Positions 32,837 to 41,930 of a stretch of 58,123 nucleotides of DNA are shown piece by piece. The notes beneath the pieces are model-generated. The model was not told the origin of the DNA. It was given only the letters and a program-made list of their open reading frames with translations, and did no database searches. Source of the DNA: Candidatus Eiseniibacteriota bacterium (GTDB taxonomy: Bacteria > Eisenbacteria > RBG-16-71-46 > SZUA-252). Every line of letters starts with the position of its first letter. Positions within the stretch are counted from its first letter, which is position 1. The position numbers were made by a program, and so were the translations under genes. The stretch covers positions 1 through 58,123 of the forward strand of contig VBOR01000088.1 of assembly GCA_005893165.1 (NCBI GenBank), read 5' to 3'.

Positions 32837-34129
32837 TCACCCTCGAGAAGGTCCAGGTGGTGACGTATCGCGCATCACCGCGTCCAAAGACTCCCTGATC
32901 CCGATCGCGATCTGGGGGAAGTGGTGGGTGTCCGACACGAGGGGCGGTCCGACCAGGAGATGATCGCCGAGATTCCCGTCGTGGGAGCCTGAGCCCGAGA
33001 ACACCAGGAGCCCCCGATCGCGGCATGCCGCTTCCACGCGCTCGGCGATCCGGAGCTCGCGCGGGAAGGGCTCTCCTGTGCGCCGGTCCTTCCGCAGCAG
33101 AACCCCCCAGAGGAAGCCGAGACCCCGGACGTCGAGCACGTGAGGATGGGCGGAGAGGGCGCTCAGGGCTTCGCGAAGTGCCTTCTCCTTCTCGCGCACC
33201 CGCGATTCGATGTTCTCCTCGCGCATCACGGCGAGCACGTGCCTTCCCACGGCGCAGGCGATCGCGTGCCCTCCGTAGGTCTGGGCGTGGGAGAAGGCGC
33301 CACCCGGCGCCGAATCGAGAACCGAGGCGACGCGCTCAGCGAAGAGGACTCCTCCGATCGGGGCGTACCCGCCGCCGGCGCCTTTGCCGAAGGCGATGAT
33401 GTCGGGTCTCGCTCCCCGATCCTCTCCGCGCTCCGTCAGCCGTTTCCAGGCGAAGAGCGACCCCACGCGGCCGAACCCGGTCAGCACCTCGTCGGCAATC
33501 CAGAGCGCGTCCCGCGCGTCGCATGCGCGGCGGATCTCCGCGAGAAATCCCGGCCGGGGCACGGGCGCGCCCAGCCCCGCCGCGGGAATCGTCTCCGCGA
33601 GGAGCGCTCCCGAGTCCCCCATCGCCTCCTCGAGCGGCCCCGCTTCCGGATCGATCGGGGGAGGCGCCCCTCCGAGCAGCAGCTCGTAGGGGGCGCGGCG
33701 GGCGCGAACGTCGGTCACGCGCAAGGCTCCGAGGGTCGCGCCGTGGAAGTGCCCGCGCAGATGCGCCACCCCCGTTCGCCCGGGATGTCCCCGCGCGCTC
33801 TGATACCGGTACGCCGCCTTCAGCGCGGCGTCCACGGCTTCGCTTCCGGAGGTGGTGAAGATCGCTCGCGTGTAGGGCGGGCCCGCGGCGAGGAGGATCT
33901 CTTCCGCGTAGGCCTCGGACTCCTCGCTCTCGAACCGCGAGGGGCGCGCGTACGCGAGACGGGAAGCGGCTTCCGTCAGCGCGCGGGCTAGATCGGCGCG
34001 ACCGTAGCCCAGCTGGACTGAGAACGATCCCGAGATCGCGTCGAGATAGCGCCGCCCATCCCGGTCCCAGACGTGGACGCCCTCGCCCCGGACGAGGGTG
34101 GGCCGAAGCGAAGGAGCTGGGGAGGACAC
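32837..34129 (-). CDS. Class-III PLP-dependent aminotransferase
   Basis: Motifs FTTSGSEAVDAALKAA, ADEVLTGFGRVG and IIAFGKGAGGGYAPIGG (Schiff-base Lys context). GTG start. Confidence 0.8.
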   Translation of the reverse strand: MSSPAPSLRPTLVRGEGVHVWDRDGRRYLDAISGSFSVQLGYGRADLARALTEAASRLAYARPSRFESEESEAYAEEILLAAGPPYTRAIFTTSGSEAVDAALKAAYRYQSARGHPGRTGVAHLRGHFHGATLGALRVTDVRARRAPYELLLGGAPPPIDPEAGPLEEAMGDSGALLAETIPAAGLGAPVPRPGFLAEIRRACDARDALWIADEVLTGFGRVGSLFAWKRLTERGEDRGARPDIIAFGKGAGGGYAPIGGVLFAERVASVLDSAPGGAFSHAQTYGGHAIACAVGRHVLAVMREENIESRVREKEKALREALSALSAHPHVLDVRGLGFLWGVLLRKDRRTGEPFPRELRIAERVEAACRDRGLLVFSGSGSHDGNLGDHLLVGPPLVSDTHHFPQIAIGIRESLDAVMRDTSPPGPSRG

Positions 34130-34162
34130 GGAGGCGACAATGCCAGCGCCGCCCCGGGAAGG

Positions 34163-35665
34163 CTAGCCCGTCTTCGCGGCGCGCGTGGCCGCGCGCTCCA
34201 GGGCCGAGAGGTTGGCGGAGCCGATGCGGAGGGCGGACGCGATCAGAAGGCACACCTCGGCGCGCGAGAGCTTCTCTTTCGATTGCGCGAGCGAGTCGAA
34301 TCCGGGGTCGAGCATCGGCACGGGCTTGACGGCTTCGACCTTCGACCGTTTCCGGGGCGGAGGAGCCCCGCGCTCACGGGCGGCTTTCGCGCGGCGCTCG
34401 TCCCGGGCCGCCGCGTCCCGCCGGAGCTCCACGGTCTCCGCGGCCGCGAGCCTGCGCGATTCCTGCTCCGCCTCGTTCGCCGCGTCCCGCCCCGCGAACT
34501 CCATGTTGAAGTCGCGGGCGAGCTGATCGCCGGTGATGCGGCTCATGCTGAGGGCCCGGGCCGCGCCGCGGTCGAGGCATCGCAGCACCAGCTCCAGCGC
34601 GTCCGCGCGGTCGATGGGATCCCGTGCGTCCTGATGCCGCGCGGAGCTGTCCAGGATCCCCGTATCGATCAGGGCGTCCAGCTGCGACTCGAACCGGTTT
34701 TTGGTGAAGGGAGTCGCCAGGTGGAAGGAGGTCACGAGCGCCGCATAGAAGTCGGCGCGCGTCACGTCCTCGTTCGGATCGAAGCGCCCCCGGTCGCAGC
34801 TCATGAGGCCGTCCTTCACGGCGGCCAGCGCGTAGCGGGTCTGCCAGCTTCCGGGCTCCAGGTCCTCGAACTTGAGCACGTGGTCCACCAGGAAGGCGAG
34901 CGGGTCCACCGTGTGCGGCAGCTCGGTCTCGGGCCGCTCCGCCACCTCTCCCTCGTCGCTGGATTCGGAATCGTCGGGGTCGGAGATCTCGGTGGACTCG
35001 TCGATCCGCGTGGTTCGGATCTCGAGATGGAGATGGGGCGCCGTGGCGTGCCCGGTCCTCCCCACCTTGGCGATGGGCTGTCCCGCCGAGACGTGGTCTC
35101 CCACATGGACCAGAACCGATCGCGACATGAGATGGGCGTAGAGGGAATAGACCACCTGTCCGTCGGGCAGCGTGTGCCGGATCACGACGCGGTTCCCCCA
35201 TCCCGTGCGCCACTTCCACGCCGACCGGTACCGGACCCCCCATGCGTAGATGCGCTTTCCGTCCACCACCGTGGGCAGCTTGACCCTCTGGGGGCTCCGG
35301 ACCTTGATCAGCGCATTGGCATCGCTCACGTCCACCACGCCGGCCGCGATCGCGCGCACCGTGAGCCCGCCCGCGCTCCCGGAGAGATCCACGCCGTAAT
35401 GGACGCGCTGCCTCCCGTGCTTTCGCCCCTTCCGGACTTTGAGATAGGGATCGGTTACGTGGAAGCCGTTCGGCTCGCCGGGTGCGGGCTTCTTGAAATC
35501 GAGCTCGTCCCCGACCGGAAACACGAAGGCTCCGGCGATGGGTGGAGGCTCATCGGCCGCGACCGGCGCGGGAAGCAGGGAAAGGGCGGGGAAGAGAGAA
35601 GCGAATACGAGGGCGGCGTTGAGCCCGAAGGGTCTGAAACCGGCGATCGTGCCGGGGGCCCGCAC
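34163..35665 (-). CDS. M23/LytM-family peptidoglycan metalloendopeptidase with a C-terminal extension
   Basis: Motifs VHYGVDLSG and YSLYAHLMS...GQPIAKVGRTGHATAPHLHLEIR. Signal peptide present. GTG start. Confidence 0.8.
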   Translation of the reverse strand: MRAPGTIAGFRPFGLNAALVFASLFPALSLLPAPVAADEPPPIAGAFVFPVGDELDFKKPAPGEPNGFHVTDPYLKVRKGRKHGRQRVHYGVDLSGSAGGLTVRAIAAGVVDVSDANALIKVRSPQRVKLPTVVDGKRIYAWGVRYRSAWKWRTGWGNRVVIRHTLPDGQVVYSLYAHLMSRSVLVHVGDHVSAGQPIAKVGRTGHATAPHLHLEIRTTRIDESTEISDPDDSESSDEGEVAERPETELPHTVDPLAFLVDHVLKFEDLEPGSWQTRYALAAVKDGLMSCDRGRFDPNEDVTRADFYAALVTSFHLATPFTKNRFESQLDALIDTGILDSSARHQDARDPIDRADALELVLRCLDRGAARALSMSRITGDQLARDFNMEFAGRDAANEAEQESRRLAAAETVELRRDAAARDERRAKAARERGAPPPRKRSKVEAVKPVPMLDPGFDSLAQSKEKLSRAEVCLLIASALRIGSANLSALERAATRAAKTG

Positions 35666-35668
35666 GCG

Positions 35669-36700
35669 CTATTCGCCGCCATTCGCCGCAGCAGCCTGCG
35701 GCAGACCGAAGCGGAAGGTCCAGTCGAGCATCCTTCTCGCCTCCGCGAAGCGGAGACGATTGCTGGGAGCGCCGAGCAGGACCGCGGTCACTTCCGTGCC
35801 TGACGGGGTCTCGACCATCGTCGCGAAGCAGTAGCCCGATTCGCTGATGAACCCCGTCTTCCCTCCCGTGATGCGCCACTTGCTCTTGAGCAGCCGGTTG
35901 GTGTTCACGAGCCGGTGGAGCTTCCGGTTCGAAGCAAAGGTATAGGTCTGCTTCTGCATGATCGAGCCGACGACCGGATTGCTGGCCGCGATCCGGAGAA
36001 GTGTCGCGATGGCCTGGGCGGTCGCCACGTTCTGCTCGTCCAGCCCGGTGGGCTCGACGAAGTGGGTCCCGGTCAAGCTCAAGGAATCCGCGAGCGCGTT
36101 CATCCTCCTCACGAACTCCTCGCGCGGCAAGCCGCACGACCGGACGAGCGCTTTCGTGGCGACGTTGTCCGAGGCCATGAGCGAGGCGTGGAGGAGGTCC
36201 CGCACGGTGATGTCCTCGCGCGGGCGGATGTGCGACCTGCTGGAATGCCGCACGTCTTCGGGCGCGATCTCGACCACCGAATCGAATTGCGGATTCGTCT
36301 GGAAGTAGACGAGGGCGGTCATGAGCTTCGTGAGGCTCGCGATGGGGTAGAGCTGCTCCGGGTTTTTCTGGAACAGGATCTTGTTGCTGGTGGCGTCCAC
36401 CACGAGCGCCGCCTTCGCGTGGAGGCGGGGGATCCCGTAGGGGGTGACCTGGGGCAGGGAGAAGGTGGCCTGCCGGCGGAGTCTCCGCGTCCGGCGATGC
36501 CGGCGGCGTGGCCGGGTCTGTCTGCTCCTGGCGCGAGAGCTGGAAGCGGACGCGAGCTTCGTCGGCTCGGAGGTGCCGGTCGGCTCGGAGATGCCCGACC
36601 GTGCAGATTGCTGTCCGAAGGCTTCCGGAACGTGCACCGAAAGCGCCAGGGTTACAAGAAGGCCATATGCTATGGGAGCGATCGATCTTCGATAAGCCAT
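35669..36700 (-). CDS. D-alanyl-D-alanine carboxypeptidase (S11, PBP5/6-like)
   Basis: ORF 35669..36811 trimmed to ATG 36700. SxxK (ASLTKLMT), SxN (MASDN) and KTG (GGKTGFI). Confidence 0.85.
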   Translation of the reverse strand: MAYRRSIAPIAYGLLVTLALSVHVPEAFGQQSARSGISEPTGTSEPTKLASASSSRARSRQTRPRRRHRRTRRLRRQATFSLPQVTPYGIPRLHAKAALVVDATSNKILFQKNPEQLYPIASLTKLMTALVYFQTNPQFDSVVEIAPEDVRHSSRSHIRPREDITVRDLLHASLMASDNVATKALVRSCGLPREEFVRRMNALADSLSLTGTHFVEPTGLDEQNVATAQAIATLLRIAASNPVVGSIMQKQTYTFASNRKLHRLVNTNRLLKSKWRITGGKTGFISESGYCFATMVETPSGTEVTAVLLGAPSNRLRFAEARRMLDWTFRFGLPQAAAANGGE

Positions 36701-36907
36701 AGTTTTCCCAGCCCTCATCCGTGTGGGGCACTGAGACTTGCGCGAAGGAGAGACGGGGATGCCTCTCCCAGGCTTATCGGACTGGGCACTCCGATATGTA
36801 GCAAAAAGCATACGCGGCGCAGCTTGGAGACGCCGAGCGCCCGCATGCTACCCACGGGAGCCGCGACGGTCCAGTCTTTTTGATTGGTCGTCCTGCGAAT
36901 AGGGAGG

Positions 36908-36969
36908 GGCGGGTGGGCTTGAACGGTTCTCGATGGGCTAGAACCGCGCAATGGAAACACCCACCCGCC
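36908..36969. terminator. Nested stem-loop just downstream of the PDZ-protein gene stop
   Basis: GGCGGGTGGG (36908-36917) pairs with CCCACCCGCC (36960-36969). They enclose the hairpin GGTTCT...AGAACC. There is no clear U-tract. Confidence 0.35.
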
Positions 36970-36989
36970 GGACTGCGTCTACTCAGGAG

Positions 36990-37862
36990 CTAGTCGCTGT
37001 CGTTGCTGCGATCCTGATTTCCGCGATCCTTCTCGCGGTTGTTCTGGTCGCGGTCGCGATCGCCTCGGTCGCGGTCTTGGCCATCGCGGTCCCGACGCTC
37101 CAGCGCGCCGCCACGCTGTAGCTCGGAGCGAAGCTCCTGGATCTCCCGCTCCAGGCGGGCAAGATCCACGTCGCGCAGCTTGGAAAGCATCTCGTGGATG
37201 TCGCGGAGCTGCCGCTGGAGGTCCTCCGAGTTGCGCCGGAAGACCTGCATCCGCGCACGATCCGGCATGTCCCGCATATCCGGCATGTCGCGCCCCTCGG
37301 GCATGCCGCGCATGTCCGGCCCCTGGCCGGGCATCCCGGGTGCGTCCATACCGGGCATCCGGGGCGGAGCGTCCGCTCCCGCCGGACGCGTGCCTACCTT
37401 GAGGTTCAGGGTGCGGGTGACGCCTTCGCGCCAGATCTGCACCGGAACTTTGCGGCCGGGCTCGAGGTCATGCACGATCCGGACGAGGTCGGTCGGATTC
37501 GGCGTGGCCTCCCGATTCACTTCGAGAATCACATCTCCCCGCTTGATGCCGCCGTCGTCGGCGGGACTCTGGTCCTCGACGTTGTTCACGAGCGTGCCTT
37601 CGGTCGACTCGGGAATCCCCTTCGCGCGGCGAAGCGATGCGCTCAGCCGCTGCACCTGGACCCCCAGATAGCCGGAGGACCTGGACACGCGATCGCTGTC
37701 TCGATCGGAGTCCTGGTCCTCCTGCGCGATGCGGATGAGATTCCGTTCACTCTTCCCCGAGCTCTCGTCATCCGCGCGGGCGGGGGAGGGGGCGACCGAT
37801 GAGAGGCCCAGGCACAGCGTGAAAAGAGCTGGGCCGATCGGCATCATCCTGAACACCTTCAT
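36990..37862 (-). CDS. Secreted PDZ-domain protein with a Met/Pro-rich repeat and an Arg/Asp-rich tail
   Basis: Signal peptide. PDZ stretch GYLGVQVQRLS...GTLVNNVEDQSPADDGGIKRGDVILEVN. Repeat region RMPGMDAPGMPGQGPDMRGMPEGRDMPDMRDMPDRARM. Tail RDRDGQDRDRGDRDRDQNNREKDRGNQDRSNDSD. AAGGAGG precedes the ATG. Confidence 0.75.
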   Translation of the reverse strand: MKVFRMMPIGPALFTLCLGLSSVAPSPARADDESSGKSERNLIRIAQEDQDSDRDSDRVSRSSGYLGVQVQRLSASLRRAKGIPESTEGTLVNNVEDQSPADDGGIKRGDVILEVNREATPNPTDLVRIVHDLEPGRKVPVQIWREGVTRTLNLKVGTRPAGADAPPRMPGMDAPGMPGQGPDMRGMPEGRDMPDMRDMPDRARMQVFRRNSEDLQRQLRDIHEMLSKLRDVDLARLEREIQELRSELQRGGALERRDRDGQDRDRGDRDRDQNNREKDRGNQDRSNDSD

Positions 37863-37973
37863 TCATGACCTCCTTGCGGGACAAACAGTTACGCGGCCAC
37901 CAAAGCCTCAGGAAGCACTACCGCCCGAAGCCCCCTAAAGTTCCCGGCAGAAGGAGCCATGCGTGGGCGCCGG

Positions 37974-39272
37974 TCAGTGGCTGGGGAGGACCCGGAAGGA
38001 AGTGCACCCTTTCCCCAGCGCGCCGATCGGTCCGCAAGGAGCGATGAGCACGGGGCTCAGATCGCGGACGCGGAAGTTTTCGTTCTCCGCGTCGCAGAAG
38101 GACGGGCTCGCGAGGATGGTGTTCGCGGCCGGGAGCCTGGCCGATCCGTCGAGCGCATACACGAGATTGCAGTCGTATTTGGGCACCGCTCGCATATCGA
38201 GCACCGCCTGATTTTTCTCGGTACTGTCCACGACGAAGATGTTGCGGACGATCTCGGGGGCCACTTCGATGGCGAAGACGGCGGCGCCGTCGGGAGCCGT
38301 GACCCCGTTTCGATAGAAGGTATTGCTGTAGACCAGCGGGTTCACCCCGGCGACGCGCCGGCCCACGATCTGGAGCGCGGAACCCGCCGTCGTGGACCGA
38401 TTCTTGGTGAAGATCGAAGAAGTGACCTCGAGCGAGGAGCGGTCCGTGAGCAAGGCGCCCCCGGTCGAGGAATGGTTCGCGGCGAAGAACGTGCCCCGGA
38501 TCCGGACGTCCGAGCTGTCCCTGCCGGCGATCCCACCGCCGCCCGCCGCGGCGCTGTTCCCGCGAAACGTGCAGTTCATGGTCCGGATCTGGGAGCCCTC
38601 GCCGTAGACTCCGCCGCCGGTGCCGTCGCCGGCCCGATTTCCCTCGAAGAGGCAATCGCGCGCGAGCAGCTCCGCCGAGACGAGCGACACTCCGCCCCCG
38701 GACGAGCTCTCGTTGCCGCGCAGATTCACATGTACGAGCTGGACGTGCGAATCGCTCGCCGTCACGCCGCTCCCCTTGTTTTCGGAGATCTCGGAGTCGG
38801 AGATCTGGAGCGGGCTGCATTGCCAGGACGCGACCCCGGCCTCCCAGTTGTTCCGTATCTTGCAGCTCGCGATCATGAGCGCCGTGTCGCGCAGGCAATA
38901 GATCCCGCTGCCGCCGGGGGCCTTTCCGTTCTGGATGCTGAATCCGAGGATGGATGCGCGCCCGACTCCTTCCACGTGGAGCACGCGCTCGCTGCCCCGG
39001 CCGTCGAGGATCGTCGAGTCCGGACCGCCGTCGCCGAAAAGGACCAGGCGCTTCTTGAGGACGAAGGGCCCGTAGTAGGTGCCCGCCGCGACCCAGACCG
39101 TATCGCCCGCATGAGCGGCGTCGATGGCGGCCTGCAAGGACTTGTATTGGCGCGGCACGAAGACGCGCTTGGCTTGCGCCGTCCCGGGCCCCCACGTGCC
39201 GCCGAGGACGATCCATGCCAGGACCAAGAGCGCGAGACGCGGGTACCGGGGTCGAGGCGGGAAAGCGATCAC
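37974..39272 (-). CDS. Right-handed parallel beta-helix repeat protein (secreted)
   Basis: Signal peptide, then AGDTVWVAAGTYYGPF, then repeated G/N/S-rich coils (NKGSGVTASDS...GNESSSGGGVSL...GNRAGDGTGGGVYG...GNSAAAGGGGIAG). GTG 39272 forms a GTGA overlap. Confidence 0.7.
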   Translation of the reverse strand: MIAFPPRPRYPRLALLVLAWIVLGGTWGPGTAQAKRVFVPRQYKSLQAAIDAAHAGDTVWVAAGTYYGPFVLKKRLVLFGDGGPDSTILDGRGSERVLHVEGVGRASILGFSIQNGKAPGGSGIYCLRDTALMIASCKIRNNWEAGVASWQCSPLQISDSEISENKGSGVTASDSHVQLVHVNLRGNESSSGGGVSLVSAELLARDCLFEGNRAGDGTGGGVYGEGSQIRTMNCTFRGNSAAAGGGGIAGRDSSDVRIRGTFFAANHSSTGGALLTDRSSLEVTSSIFTKNRSTTAGSALQIVGRRVAGVNPLVYSNTFYRNGVTAPDGAAVFAIEVAPEIVRNIFVVDSTEKNQAVLDMRAVPKYDCNLVYALDGSARLPAANTILASPSFCDAENENFRVRDLSPVLIAPCGPIGALGKGCTSFRVLPSH

Positions 39273-40615
39273 GCGCCTCCCCTGGGGTAGCTTCCCGCCA
39301 TCGCCAGGACGTGCGCCTTGAGATCGAGGTGCTTCCGTGACGCCGCGCGCACGTCCTCGACCCGGACCCCGCGCACGATCTCGGGATAGCGCGAGATGTA
39401 GTCCATGCCCAATCCGTAGAGCTCCGCCCCCAGAAGCTGCGAGGCGACGCCAGCGTTCGTCTCCAGGCGCACCGGGAAGACTCCGGTGAGATAGCTCACC
39501 GCCTCCTCCAGCTCCACTTCGGTCGGGCCCTCCTCGTGCATCCGCTCGATCTCCGAGAGCATCGCGTCCGCGGTGCGCTCAGCGTTTGCAGGATTCGTCC
39601 CCGCGCGGACATGGATCGGCCCCGCCCCGATGCCCGCGTTCAGGTTCGAATAGACTCCGTACACGAGGCCCATCTTGTCGCGCAGCTGGTCCATGAGGCG
39701 GCTCGAGAGCGAGCCCCCGCCCAGCACGTAATTCATGAGCATCGCCGCGTAGTATTCCGGATCGGTCCTCCCGATCCCGGGAAGAGCGCACACCACGTCC
39801 ACCTGGGATTTTCCTTTCATCGAAACGACGAGGCGTTTCGGCCCGTCCACCGGCGCCGCGCGGGGCACGGAGAAGGGGGGAGTGATGTCGGGCTTCCTCC
39901 AGTCCGAAAACGCGCGCTTCACCGGCTCCAGGGTGGCCTCCGGATCGACGTCTCCCACGAGGACCAGCACGACCGTGCCGGGACCGTAGTGCGACGCGTG
40001 GAACGCCTCGAGATCCTTCCGGGCGATGGCCCGGAGCGAGGGCTCGGTCCCGATGGGCGGCCAGTGGTAGGGATGATCGGGGGGATAGAGCAGCTCGTTC
40101 GCGGTTTTCGCCGCCACGTACGCGGTGTTCTCGTTCGAGACCTTCACGCGCACGATCATCTCGTCCCGCGCCTTCTCGATCTGATCGGGCGTGAAGGAGG
40201 GATTGCGGAGCGCGTCTGCCAGGACCTCGAGGACCGTTCCCGTATCTTCGGAGAGCATGTTCGCGGAGATCGCGATCGTCTCGATCCCGGCGTCGAAATG
40301 GAGGCTGGCCCCCAGGCTCTCCAGGGCTTCGGCCTGCTGGAACGTCGTGCGTTTCGTCGTGCCCCGGTCGAGCATCGCCGAGACGAATCTCGAAAGGCCC
40401 GTCTTCGGCGGGGGATCGGAGATCGCCCCCGCTTTCACGAGCCCCTGGATCGCCACGGTGGGATTGGCGTGGTTCTCCTGGAAGATGACGACGAGACCGC
40501 TCTTGAGCTCGACCCGCACGGGGCGCGCGGTCCGCGACGAGGGCGTTGCCGTGGCGGCGCCGGAGGAGGGCCGTGCCAGAGCGGCGCCGGGTTCGCTATT
40601 CGGGAATCGGTTCAT
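39269..40615 (-). CDS. M16-family peptidase, non-catalytic-type subunit
   Basis: Pitrilysin fold with the HxxEH position degenerated (GLSRFVSAMLDRGT). Overlaps the upstream M16 gene by 20 nt. Confidence 0.8.
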   Translation of the reverse strand: MNRFPNSEPGAALARPSSGAATATPSSRTARPVRVELKSGLVVIFQENHANPTVAIQGLVKAGAISDPPPKTGLSRFVSAMLDRGTTKRTTFQQAEALESLGASLHFDAGIETIAISANMLSEDTGTVLEVLADALRNPSFTPDQIEKARDEMIVRVKVSNENTAYVAAKTANELLYPPDHPYHWPPIGTEPSLRAIARKDLEAFHASHYGPGTVVLVLVGDVDPEATLEPVKRAFSDWRKPDITPPFSVPRAAPVDGPKRLVVSMKGKSQVDVVCALPGIGRTDPEYYAAMLMNYVLGGGSLSSRLMDQLRDKMGLVYGVYSNLNAGIGAGPIHVRAGTNPANAERTADAMLSEIERMHEEGPTEVELEEAVSYLTGVFPVRLETNAGVASQLLGAELYGLGMDYISRYPEIVRGVRVEDVRAASRKHLDLKAHVLAMAGSYPRGGA

Positions 40616-41930
40616 AGTGGCCGACCGTGCGCGTGTCCTCTCCCAGGTAGGCGCGCGCCACCCGGGAAACGTCCTCCGGGCTCACGCCGGCGATCCGTTC
40701 CAGATAGGTGTCGAGGTATCGGTAGGACCCCACGGCCTCGTAGTACCCCAATTGCTGCGCCAGGCTCCGGATGGAGTCCCTCGAATAGATGAAGGAGGCC
40801 TGGATCTGCTTCTTCGCGCGGCCCAGCTCCAGAGGAGAAGGAGGCTCCGATTTCAGGCGGTCCGCCTGACCGAGCAAGGACTCCTCGAGATCCTCGAGCT
40901 GGATCCCCGGAGCCGCGGTGGCCTGAGCGACGAAGAGGAAGGGATCGCGCGCCGTTTCGTTCTGGGCTTCCGCCTCCGTCGCAAGCTTCCCCTCCACGAG
41001 GGATTGGTACAGCCTCGAGGTCTTCCCGTTACCCAGGATGATCCCCAGAACGTCCAGCGCATAGTTGTCCGGATGGACGAGCTCGGGGATGCGGTACGCC
41101 ACCATGAGGTAGCGCGTATCTCCGGGCTTCCGGATCTTGAAGCGGCGCTCCCCCAGCTGAGGGGGCTCCACGGTGACGACCGGCGGCGGAAGGGGGCCCG
41201 GCGCGATGCGGCCGAAGTGTTCCTCCACCATCGCGAGGGTCCGCTCGCGGTCCAGGTCTCCCACCACGACGGCCACCGCGTTGTTCGGCATGTAGTGGGT
41301 CTTGTAGTGGTGCCGGATCTGCTCGGTGCGGATGGCCTCGACGTCGTTTCGCCACCCGATGGTCGGCCAGTGGTAGGGGTGTGCCTGGAAGGCCTGCGCG
41401 AACATCTCCTGATAGAGCGCCCGGTGGGGGTTGTCCTCGTTCCGCTCCAGCTCCGAGCGCACGACCGTCATCTCCAGCCGGTGCTCCTCCTCTGGAATGA
41501 GCGCGTGGGCCATGCGGTCGGACTCGATCTCCATCGCCAGCTCCAGCCGGTCGGCGGCCAGGACCTCGTAATAGTTCGTGTAGTCGAGGGAGGTGCCCGC
41601 GTTGAACGAAGCTCCGTTCCGCTGCAGGAGCCTCGCGATCTCGCCCTTCCCGTATCGCGGCGTCCCCTTGAACATCATGTGCTCGAGGAGGTGCGAGATT
41701 CCGGTCTGGCCCGTGCTCTCGTTCCTCGAGCCCACCTTGTACCAGACCATGAAGGACACGACGGGCGCGACGCGCACTTCCTGGATCAGCACCTTGAGCC
41801 CGTTCCCCAGCACCGTCTCGAACACGTCGCTCGTGCGCACGGGGGCTGGCGCGCTCGCGGCCAGCTCCTGGGCGCGAACCTGCGCGCGGGCTCGCGCCCG
41901 CACGCCTTCCGGCCGCATCCCGCCCCTCAC
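40596..41930 (-). CDS. M16-family zinc peptidase (HxxEH present)
   Basis: Zinc motif GISHLLEHMMFKGT. GTG 41930 forms a GTGA overlap with the upstream stop. ATG 41918 is an alternative. Confidence 0.85.
   Translation of the reverse strand: MRGGMRPEGVRARARAQVRAQELAASAPAPVRTSDVFETVLGNGLKVLIQEVRVAPVVSFMVWYKVGSRNESTGQTGISHLLEHMMFKGTPRYGKGEIARLLQRNGASFNAGTSLDYTNYYEVLAADRLELAMEIESDRMAHALIPEEEHRLEMTVVRSELERNEDNPHRALYQEMFAQAFQAHPYHWPTIGWRNDVEAIRTEQIRHHYKTHYMPNNAVAVVVGDLDRERTLAMVEEHFGRIAPGPLPPPVVTVEPPQLGERRFKIRKPGDTRYLMVAYRIPELVHPDNYALDVLGIILGNGKTSRLYQSLVEGKLATEAEAQNETARDPFLFVAQATAAPGIQLEDLEESLLGQADRLKSEPPSPLELGRAKKQIQASFIYSRDSIRSLAQQLGYYEAVGSYRYLDTYLERIAGVSPEDVSRVARAYLGEDTRTVGHYEPIPE

Noticed and set aside
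36715-36960. 81-aa minus-strand ORF in the spacer between the PDZ protein gene and the carboxypeptidase gene.
   Set aside because: It has no SD and an implausible composition. It spans the nested stem-loop and the promoter region of the carboxypeptidase gene.
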